DNA from: Desulfarculaceae bacterium
GTDB taxonomy: Bacteria; Desulfobacterota; Desulfarculia; Desulfarculales; Desulfarculaceae
Length of the DNA: 43,167 bases
Assembly: GCA_050116255.1 (NCBI GenBank)
Contig: JASFOZ010000001.1
Span: 1 to 43,167, forward strand
Direction: 5' to 3'
The translations under genes were made by a program, and so were the position numbers. The notes beneath the pieces were generated by a model, which worked only from the letters and a program-made list of their open reading frames with translations, did no database searches and was not told where the DNA came from. Every line of letters begins with the position of its first letter. The first letter of the stretch is position 1. Below, one piece after another: positions 29,827 to 38,832 of this stretch.

Positions 29827-30100
29827 TATTCCTCCTTATTTTTCCCCTCTTGCATGTTAAAGCCTTGATCTACTCCTGCTTACTAATTAAGCGATCCCGC
29901 CTGGAATACTACATTTTTAGGCTTGCAGTAAAGCATAAAAGGTTTTCGAAACGGGTTTTGTCCCCAAAAAGGCAACAAACCCGCTCATTTTGATTGCTTA
30001 TAAGACGGCAGGGGCTGATAAAGAGGATTTTTACGCCTAAGTCGCGATGCAAAAGGCATGGCCCAGGGACTGATACTGCGTCTTTAGGTTTTAAGCGCGG

Positions 30101-31033
30101 CTAGCATTTTTTTGCCCCAAGATTTTTATGGGCGTGGGGGTGCTTGCCTTTACCGGGGTATTGGGCCCAAGACAGGGCCTTGTCCAGAGCATGTTCCAAG
30201 TCCCGGCAGCTTACGGTCACCACCTTGGGTCCCCTGGGGGCCCAGAGCCGGGGGTCGCTGTCCGCAAAGCCCACCACCGTGAGCGTACCCACGGAAGCAG
30301 CCAGATGACTGACTCCGCTGTCAGCCCCCACATACACAGAGGCGCTGGCCAGGATTGCGGCCAATTGGGCCAAGGTAGGGTCCGAGATGATTTCAGCGCC
30401 GGCTTTGTCAACCGCCTGGACCACCTGACTGCGAAAGCTGTCTTCCTCAGCCGGCCCCAATATCACCTTTAGCGATGGGAACACATTTTTTAGCCTGCCC
30501 GCCAACCTCCCCGTTTGGGCCGGGGAGAGGCGCTTTTTCCTGCCCCCGCTGCCGGGGGCGATCACCGCACAGGGAGCGGCCTCTCTTTTGGGCGGGCGCA
30601 CGGTCAGGGCGGGGGCGTCGCCGGTCAGGCCATAGCCTCTAAGGCGGTCCACCTGAAGATCAGAGACATGGCGCACCTGCCCGGGCTGGGGTTGGGTGGG
30701 AATGGACCAGGTTTCCACGGCTCGGGAAAGCCGCCTGCGCAGGTTTTGATCCGGTTCTCGGGCAAACACCACTGCCAGGTCAAATTCGCCCAGCCAGGCC
30801 TCCAGGCGGGGATCCGGCTCAGAGGTGAACAGATTGACCAAAGCGGCCGTTTCCCGGTCCCTTGCTCTCTCCTGGGGCAAAACCAGGTGTGCGAACTCAG
30901 GCCGTCCAATCAGGGTGATCTCTCCCGGCGGCGGACCTGCCGCCAACAGCCCCAAGGCCGGCCAGGAGAGAATAAAATCACCCAGGGCCCCGAAATGCAT
31001 GGCCAAAATGCGGCGAGGTGCAGTTGGGTTCAT
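30101..31033 (-). CDS. glycosyltransferase family 9 (LPS heptosyltransferase-like)
   Basis: N-terminus RILAMHFGALGDFILSWPAL and C-terminal VYVGADSGVSHLAA are GT9 hallmarks. 310 aa. Confidence 0.8.
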   Translation of the reverse strand: MNPTAPRRILAMHFGALGDFILSWPALGLLAAGPPPGEITLIGRPEFAHLVLPQERARDRETAALVNLFTSEPDPRLEAWLGEFDLAVVFAREPDQNLRRRLSRAVETWSIPTQPQPGQVRHVSDLQVDRLRGYGLTGDAPALTVRPPKREAAPCAVIAPGSGGRKKRLSPAQTGRLAGRLKNVFPSLKVILGPAEEDSFRSQVVQAVDKAGAEIISDPTLAQLAAILASASVYVGADSGVSHLAASVGTLTVVGFADSDPRLWAPRGPKVVTVSCRDLEHALDKALSWAQYPGKGKHPHAHKNLGAKKC

Positions 31034-31052
31034 GATTGGAATCTGCCGGCTT

Positions 31053-31304
31053 CTATGAATCCTCTCCCCAGGTCTTACGGCTGCGGGCCAGCCAGATGAT
31101 GCCCAAAACGCAGGAGAAGCTCTTCCTCATTGCCTGCCAATCCACCTGGTCGCGGGCCTCTTGTTCTGCGGTGGGCAGCTCTTTGGGTTTGGGTGAATAT
31201 CCCGAGCTGGGCTTTTGGTCAGTGTAAAACATGCCCAGGGGTTGCTCATCGTAGGCCAGGGCTTTAAGAAAAGCCTCCAGGTTTTCGGTTTGATATAGCG
31301 CCAT
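31053..31304 (-). pseudogene. possible N-terminal fragment of a DUF169 (COG2043)-like gene
   Basis: 83-aa ORF. LKALAYDEQPLGMFYTDQKPSSGYSPK...SFSCVLGIIWLARSRK resembles the first third of DUF169 proteins as I recall them. It ends at TAG, 20 nt before the GT9 start. Family recall is unverified. Confidence 0.3.
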
Positions 31305-31434
31305 CTGCGGCCCTCCCTTTGGGGGTTTAGTTTGCCGTTGCTTGCAAACCTTGTCCTCTGCTCTTTGCCGATTGTCAAGAGGGCGGTTTGTGGGAACGAT
31401 CTTGCATGCCTTTTGGGGTGATAGGCTTTCCGGC

Positions 31435-31462
31435 TTGCATTAAGTGCCAGAGTGATTACTAT
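31435..31462 (+). promoter_or_regulatory. candidate sigma-70 promoter of the iscA-like gene
   Basis: TTGCAT (31435-31440), 16-nt spacer, TACTAT (31457-31462), about 40 nt upstream of ATG 31502. Confidence 0.3.
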
Positions 31463-31501
31463 TATGTCAATAATATTTCTAGGGAAAGGATCGGTTTAAA
31501 A

Positions 31502-31822
31502 ATGGTGGAAGTTACCGAGAAGGCCAGCGAGACCATTAAGGCGTTTATGTCCGAGCGTGACTTGGATTCTCCCTTACGGGTGTATCTGCAGCAGGGTTGC
31601 GGGGGAGCCCAATTAGTGTTGGGTGTTGATAATGCCAAGGATAGCGATGAACAGCAGGAAGTGGATGGGCTGACTTACCTTGTCGACAAGGATCTCTATG
31701 ATCAGGTGGGAGAGGTGAAGCTGGATTTTGTGGATGACGGCGTCCGTCAGGGCCTGCTGATTTCTTCGGAAAAACCGCTTCCCCAGATGGAGGGTGGCTG
31801 CGGCTGCGGTTGCAGCTGCTAG
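31502..31822 (+). CDS. IscA/HesB family Fe-S cluster insertion protein with Cys-rich C-terminal tail
   Basis: 106 aa from Met39 of the track ORF. RVYLQQGCGGAQL (first conserved Cys), FVDDGVRQGLLI and a terminal GGCGCGCSC. Confidence 0.8.
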   Translation: MVEVTEKASETIKAFMSERDLDSPLRVYLQQGCGGAQLVLGVDNAKDSDEQQEVDGLTYLVDKDLYDQVGEVKLDFVDDGVRQGLLISSEKPLPQMEGGCGCGCSC

Positions 31823-31848
31823 AAAATAATATTTGATAACCAATCCAA

Positions 31849-31885
31849 GGCGCCAGGAGCATTGCACTCCTGACGCCTGGTTTTT
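31849..31885 (+). terminator. rho-independent terminator after the iscA-like gene
   Basis: GGCGCCAGGAG / CTCCTGACGCC stem (one mismatch), 7-nt loop, then TGGTTTTT. Confidence 0.7.
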
Positions 31886-31929
31886 ATAGCCCGTAGCCAA
31901 GGGAATTGAATTGGGGTATGGTCTAGCCC

Positions 31930-32541
31930 ATGGCTGGATTATGGCAAAGACTGAGTGAGTTAGACACCAGCCTTTTTCTTTGGATCAACCAGGCCTGGGC
32001 CAATCCGGGTTTGGATTGGCTCATGCCCCAAGTCAGCCTCTGGCTGCCCCTGGCGCCTTTGCTGGCCGTGGGCGTCTGGCTGGCCCTGGCTCAGGGGGTG
32101 CGCGGCCGCTATATCCTGGTGGGTTGCGCTTTGTTGTTTTTGCTCACCGATTGGGTGACCACCCAGGCCCTGAGACCCTACTTCGCCCGCCTCCGGCCTT
32201 ATGCCTGCCTGGAGGGAATCCGCTACACCTTTGGCGCTGAATGGCACCTAAGCACCGCCGCCTCCATGGCAAAGGCCGGGGCCGCCTTTGGGCTTCCCTC
32301 AGCCCACGCAGCCAACAGCATGGGCCCGGCGGTGTTCCTCTGGCGGTTTTATCCCCGTTTGGGCATGACCTTGGCAGCCTTGGCCCTGCTGGTGGGGCTT
32401 TCCCGCATTTACACTGGGGTGCATTTTCCCGGCGATGTACTGGCCGGATTCGTATGGGGGGGAGCCTGCGCTTGGGGATGGTCCTATGTCACCGGGCGGG
32501 TGCTGCGCCGGCGGCAGCCAATCACCCATAAAAGCCTTTGA
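31930..32541 (+). CDS. PAP2 superfamily phosphatase (membrane, lipid-phosphate phosphatase type)
   Basis: The three PAP2 motifs are present: LRPYFARLRP, PSAHAANS, SRIYTGVHFPGDV. Multiple TM segments. Confidence 0.85.
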   Translation: MAGLWQRLSELDTSLFLWINQAWANPGLDWLMPQVSLWLPLAPLLAVGVWLALAQGVRGRYILVGCALLFLLTDWVTTQALRPYFARLRPYACLEGIRYTFGAEWHLSTAASMAKAGAAFGLPSAHAANSMGPAVFLWRFYPRLGMTLAALALLVGLSRIYTGVHFPGDVLAGFVWGGACAWGWSYVTGRVLRRRQPITHKSL

Positions 32542-32589
32542 TTTTAGAGACGGTCCCTGACCGCCGGCTTCGGCTAGCTGGTCGGAGTT

Positions 32590-33771
32590 TCAGGTGGCGG
32601 CCTTTAGCTGGCGCCGCCGTCGCCGGGTCAACAAGGCGGGCAGGTTGCCCAGGTTATCCAGAACCGGCAGAGGCGTTTCCTTCAGCTCGCTTCGGAATAA
32701 AAGCACCCCCACCACAGTGAAAACGAGGTTAGGCAGCCAGATTCCCAGCTTGGGCGGGTAAAAGCCCGTGTCTCCCAGGGACCAGGCCATGGATAACAGC
32801 AGATAATAGACCAAGAACACGGCCAAGGCCGTGATCACGCCCCAGGAGCGGCCGCTGCGCCAGTGGGTGCCCAGGGGCAGGCCGATGAGGGCCATGACCA
32901 GGCAGGAGAAGGGATAGGCGAACCGCTGCTGCATCTCCATGTCCAGTTGGTCGTATTCGCGGGTGCCGTCCTTGGCCTTTGACATGGCCGCCCACAGCTC
33001 GTCCATATACATTTCCTTGCGGTGCTTGCTGGTGCGTTTTCCCGGGCCCAGGCGGGTTGTGTCCAGCTTGACATCGTAGACATCGAATTTGGCGTTTTGG
33101 GCGGATTTATAGCCGGGGCCCACCCGGTGAATGGTTCCCTCGAACAACCTCAGGGTCATCTTGCCTTTGCGGGCCGGAAACAGTTTGCCCCGTTTGGCCA
33201 CCACGGTGTAGACCTGTTTGGGGTCCCGCTTATCCACGATAAACAGGTCCAGCATGATGCCCTGGCCGGGCAGCCGGTTGATGTATATGGTCATGCCCTT
33301 GAAGGAATCCAAAAAGGTTCTCTCCTTGAGGGCCAGGTCCGCCCGGGAGCGGGCCACTTGGAAAAGGAGGTTTTCGAATTGATTGTGCCCCCAGGGCAGG
33401 GCCCAGACGGTGAGGATTTGAGTGGCGCCCCAGGCCAGCAAGGCCAGAAACGCCACCGGCGGCAATAAGCGGCCCAGGCTGACTCCGGCGCTTTTCAGGG
33501 CCGTGATTTCGTTGTCCGAAGAAAGCCGCATAAAGGCCAAAAGAACCCCCAACAGGGTGGCCATGGGCACTGTGAAAACAAAGAAGTAGGGCAGGCCGTA
33601 GATCAGAAGCTTACCTACCACATCCAGGCCCACCCCGCGCCTGACCACCAGGTCGGTAAGCTCGATTATCTTGGCCAGAAGTAGGGTGAAGGTGGCCACG
33701 GCCATGCTCAAGAAGAATGGGGCCAGCATCTCCTTGAACAGGTATTTGTGTATGATGGCGGGACGCAGCAT
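32590..33771 (-). CDS. LptF/LptG family LPS export permease
   Basis: 393 aa. N-terminus MLRPAIIHKYLFKEMLAPFFLSMAVATFTLLL, a periplasmic beta-jellyroll-sized insert and a 6-TM layout typical of YjgP/YjgQ. Confidence 0.85.
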   Translation of the reverse strand: MLRPAIIHKYLFKEMLAPFFLSMAVATFTLLLAKIIELTDLVVRRGVGLDVVGKLLIYGLPYFFVFTVPMATLLGVLLAFMRLSSDNEITALKSAGVSLGRLLPPVAFLALLAWGATQILTVWALPWGHNQFENLLFQVARSRADLALKERTFLDSFKGMTIYINRLPGQGIMLDLFIVDKRDPKQVYTVVAKRGKLFPARKGKMTLRLFEGTIHRVGPGYKSAQNAKFDVYDVKLDTTRLGPGKRTSKHRKEMYMDELWAAMSKAKDGTREYDQLDMEMQQRFAYPFSCLVMALIGLPLGTHWRSGRSWGVITALAVFLVYYLLLSMAWSLGDTGFYPPKLGIWLPNLVFTVVGVLLFRSELKETPLPVLDNLGNLPALLTRRRRRQLKAAT

Positions 33772-33879
33772 GACTGGGAGTTTAATGGCAGCGGCAATCT
33801 TTGTAAAGTCGGGCTTTAAGCATGGTCGGCCGGCCCCATAACCGGTCCAGATCGGCTGCTGCGTCCAGGGGGCGTGGAG

Positions 33880-35376
33880 TCAATAGGGGCGGAAATCCCG
33901 GCCCTTAAAATCCTGGCATCTATACAGGTTGATATTATGGATCACCGCACCGGAAGGCCCTTTGATGCTCAGTTTCTTTATCAATTCCGCTTTTTGGAAA
34001 AGCTTCCCCAAAGGAGGAGTTCCATAGACCACGGCCAGGCCCTCCCGCCCCTTCAGGGCTTCGCTGCCGGGCCAGAACAGGTAGGCGTTGGGCTTGCTTT
34101 TAGGCAGAAAAAGGCAGGCGGCTGGGGGCTGGCCAGGGATGTAAAATTGAGGCAAGCTGGCCAATTGATAGTTGAGGCCGAAAATAACTGGAGTTTGCTT
34201 GCCCGGCCAGTCCCGCAGGACTTTTCCAATCTCAACGCCCATTTGAGGCCATCCGTGTATCTTCTTGGTGGGGTCAAGGCGGGGAGACAGTTCCAAAGAC
34301 CGTAGCAAGGGCACATGCATATGGGCTATCAACACCAGCAACAAGCCGCTGAGCAGGGCCGCCAATCCCCAGCGCCGCCAGGCGGCGGAGCCGAGCAGCT
34401 TGGGTTTTAGGGCCAGCACCGCTGCTGGCAGGGCCGCCAGGTAACCCGGCGCCGGCCAATTGCCCTGCACCCTGGTTTTGACAGATAGCCCCAAAAAAAG
34501 AAGCAGCACCGGGATGGAGGTCCACAGCAGCAGGGCCTGTTGTTCATGGCCCCTTTGTGACTGGCGCCAGGCCAGTCCCAGACCCCAGACCAAAAGGACC
34601 AGGCCTATGGGGCCCAACAAGACCGCCTGCCCGCCCAGGAAATCGAACAGGGTGAATTTCCACCCCTGCCCGGCCCGGCCCAGGTTAAAGGCCAAGGTCG
34701 CCCAATGGTGATTGGCGTTCCAGATCAGGTTGGGGCTGAACACCAGGGCGGCTAAAACCGTACCGATCCAGGGCTCCTTGCGGCTCAGCCAAAAGCGCTG
34801 CTTGGAGTTGGTCAACAAAAACAAAAACGTGGTTAAAGGCAGCAGGGCTGAGGAGTACTTGGCCAGCATGGCCAGGCCCGTCGCGATTCCGGCCCCGTAC
34901 CAGGCTGCGGGTTTTTGATCGTACAGGGCCAAGGCGGTCAGATAAAGGGCCAAGGCCCAAAAAAAGGCCTGGGAGGTGTCATAGGTGTGAATGATGGAGC
35001 CTACCGAGAACAACAAGGTGGTGTTGGCAGCCACCACCACCCAAAGGCCCACGGCCGCGTCTTTGAGTACGCGGCGGCAGAAATCATAGAGGATAAGGCT
35101 CAGGCCCAGGCCCAAAAGCACCGCCGGCGCCCTGACTCCCAGCTCCGTGTCTCCCAAGACCATGGTGCCCAGCCGGATCAGCCAGGCCACCAGAGGCCCC
35201 TGGTCAAAGTAGCCCCAGTCCAGATGGCGGGACCACACCCAGTAGTAGGCCTCATCTTCAGATAAAGGCACGGTCTGAATATAATAGAGGCGAAAGATCC
35301 CCAAGCCTGCCAGGAGCAGGAAAACCGTCCAGGTGCAGCGACGGGGGCTGGGGTCAAGCCAGGTGCCTGGGGTCAA
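33880..35376 (-). CDS. glycosyltransferase family 39 (ArnT / PMT_2-like, undecaprenyl-phosphate-sugar dependent)
   Basis: 498-aa polytopic protein with the N-terminal loop LSEDEAYYWVWSRHLDWGYFDQGPL. TTG start with AGGAG 5 nt upstream. Confidence 0.85.
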   Translation of the reverse strand: MTPGTWLDPSPRRCTWTVFLLLAGLGIFRLYYIQTVPLSEDEAYYWVWSRHLDWGYFDQGPLVAWLIRLGTMVLGDTELGVRAPAVLLGLGLSLILYDFCRRVLKDAAVGLWVVVAANTTLLFSVGSIIHTYDTSQAFFWALALYLTALALYDQKPAAWYGAGIATGLAMLAKYSSALLPLTTFLFLLTNSKQRFWLSRKEPWIGTVLAALVFSPNLIWNANHHWATLAFNLGRAGQGWKFTLFDFLGGQAVLLGPIGLVLLVWGLGLAWRQSQRGHEQQALLLWTSIPVLLLFLGLSVKTRVQGNWPAPGYLAALPAAVLALKPKLLGSAAWRRWGLAALLSGLLLVLIAHMHVPLLRSLELSPRLDPTKKIHGWPQMGVEIGKVLRDWPGKQTPVIFGLNYQLASLPQFYIPGQPPAACLFLPKSKPNAYLFWPGSEALKGREGLAVVYGTPPLGKLFQKAELIKKLSIKGPSGAVIHNINLYRCQDFKGRDFRPY

Positions 35377-35562
35377 AATAACTCCTGTATAAAAGCCGGA
35401 ATCCGCCTATGGGCCTATGCGGTCATTATGCTGACCGCTGATCTTCAGCCCGGCCCCTCAGGGCAAGTACCGGACCCAGCATAAGATCATAAGAACAAGG
35501 CGTCAACTTCAAGACTCGGGGCCCAAATGGCTGCACCTGCTATTTTTTAGATACAGTCAGAT

Positions 35563-35615
35563 GCTCCCATAAAGTGGGAGCGGGGAAGCCTCAGGCAAAG
35601 CTTGAGGGTTTCTTT
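35563..35615 (+). other. tandem stem-loops with a T-rich tail (orphan terminator-like element)
   Basis: GCTCCCA-TAAAG-TGGGAGC (35563-35581) and CCTCAGG-CAAAG-CTTGAGG (35589-35607, one G-T pair), followed by GTTTCTTTGG. There is no plus-strand gene upstream. Confidence 0.3.
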
Positions 35616-35915
35616 GGTGCGGGCGGCTGGGGGTATGTTTGCCTGCGATGTCTCGCTATCCGAACTCGTGGAGATGTTTAGCAATATGGCCTTTGCAATA
35701 GGGCCGGGGCGTGCTATTAGAGGATATCGCCCAGCCCTAAGTGATACACAGCTGGCTTGCCATAAAAGTGCTGAGGTGATAATCAGGGGTGATATTCAAC
35801 GGACGTGTTCAGGGGGGAAGAGCCGCAGAGCAGGCTGCCTTTCTCGGCGCTGAATATCCCGAGATGGTGAACAATCTGAAAACAATCGAACTAAGCTATT
35901 AGCTGGAGTATGACC

Positions 35916-37868
<1,953 letters not shown>

Positions 37869-38009
37869 GCCTGCAGCCCCCTAAGCGGCGCCCTTGGCAA
37901 CCCAGCCGGGGGCGCTTGGCTTTTTTAGGAGCAGCCCTTTCCCTAGGCAGGAAGCGCTTACAAAATCTTCAAGGGACCACGGCCAGAACCTGGTTGGGGC
38001 GCAGATTGT

Positions 38010-38429
38010 TTAGGGCCGCAGGGGGTGATAAATAGGGTCTTGGCCCAAAATAACATCCTCTACTCCCGCCACCTTGCCGTCGGCGTCAAATAGAAATATT
38101 CGGTCCAGGTACATATACCCGCCGTCAGGGGTGCGCAGGCGGTAGTAGTGGCGGATGGAATAAATATAGGGCCCGCGCCAAGGATGCTTGACCACCTGGC
38201 TCCAATTCAATCCCTGGTAGGCCCTGGGGTTCTCCAGGCGGGCCTTGAGCCACCTGACCACCTCTCTTTTCACCTGGGAGGCGGGAGGGGTGGTGGCTTG
38301 GGCCCAGGAGTCCAAAGATCCCGGGAAAAGGTCCATAGCCAGCCAGGCCAGGCAAATACAAACCCAGACCAAGTGCCTTGGCATGTTTTTAGAGTATTTC
38401 TCCAAGTCTATGTCCGGTTTTTTGTCCAC
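38010..38429 (-). CDS. hypothetical small exported or membrane-anchored protein
   Basis: 139-aa ORF (GTG start). Met16 (38384) is an alternative start giving the signal-peptide-like MPRHLVWVCICLAWLAMDLFPGSLDSWA|QA. No family recognised. Confidence 0.5.
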   Translation of the reverse strand: MDKKPDIDLEKYSKNMPRHLVWVCICLAWLAMDLFPGSLDSWAQATTPPASQVKREVVRWLKARLENPRAYQGLNWSQVVKHPWRGPYIYSIRHYYRLRTPDGGYMYLDRIFLFDADGKVAGVEDVILGQDPIYHPLRP

Positions 38430-38832
38430 GCTCCTGGCCTATTGCAAATCAATTAGACGAACCCAAATAGGCTGGGCCTGGTTCGGGTTTCCCAAGGGCC
38501 CCTAGGCATCGTCTTTCAAGTCCATATTAGCCAGTCTGTCTGGCAAAATCCATGTGCAATAAGCCAATGTGCCGTTGTTTTGATGCGTTAGGTGCGTTCT
38601 GGTGTAAGTTTGGACATATTAACTAAAGCCTTATTCCGTGGCACCAAAGGCTCGGCTTGATCCTCGCCCGGCCCCATGGTTCTGCAATTGACCTGATCAC
38701 AGGCCGGTTGGTCGTCATCACCATTTCTTCGTGCTAAACTTGTTTCCGGCTCCTTCACTGCGTGAGGCAGGGGCTAATTTTTATGATTATGAAGTGCTGC
38801 TTATTCAGCGGCTTTTTTAGGAGTTGGTACCT

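Noticed and set aside
31053-31055. The idea that the DUF169-like ORF continues by selenocysteine read-through.
   Set aside because: The stop is TAG, not TGA, and the next 20 nt lead straight into the GT9 start codon.
35821-35839. AGCCGCAGAGCAGGCTGCC resembles the cobalamin-riboswitch B12 box. Nearby, GGTGATATTCAACGGAC vaguely resembles the GGTGAAAATCC core.
   Set aside because: The conserved GCCACTG and AATAGGGAA elements are absent, the helices cannot be drawn, and the downstream gene (acetoacetyl-CoA synthetase) has no B12 link. Needs an Infernal scan before any claim.
35602-35853. 83-aa ORF (TTG start) inside the long spacer upstream of the AACS gene.
   Set aside because: No SD, a rare start codon, an Arg/Gly/Cys-rich product without motifs, and no GC3 bias comparable to neighbouring genes.
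38476-38492. GGTTCGGGTTTCC, a tRNA T-arm-like string in an intergenic region.
   Set aside because: The flanking bases do not form a T-stem, and no acceptor or anticodon arms can be drawn. No tRNA was found in any spacer.
38639-38654. A perfect sigma-54 -24 box TGGCAC upstream of the CoA-transferase, and a TGGCA...TGCA pair at 38541-38560.
   Set aside because: The GC of the -12 element is 2 nt out of register in both cases (GG-N8-GC and GG-N12-GC instead of GG-N10-GC). No enhancer-binding protein gene is in the window.
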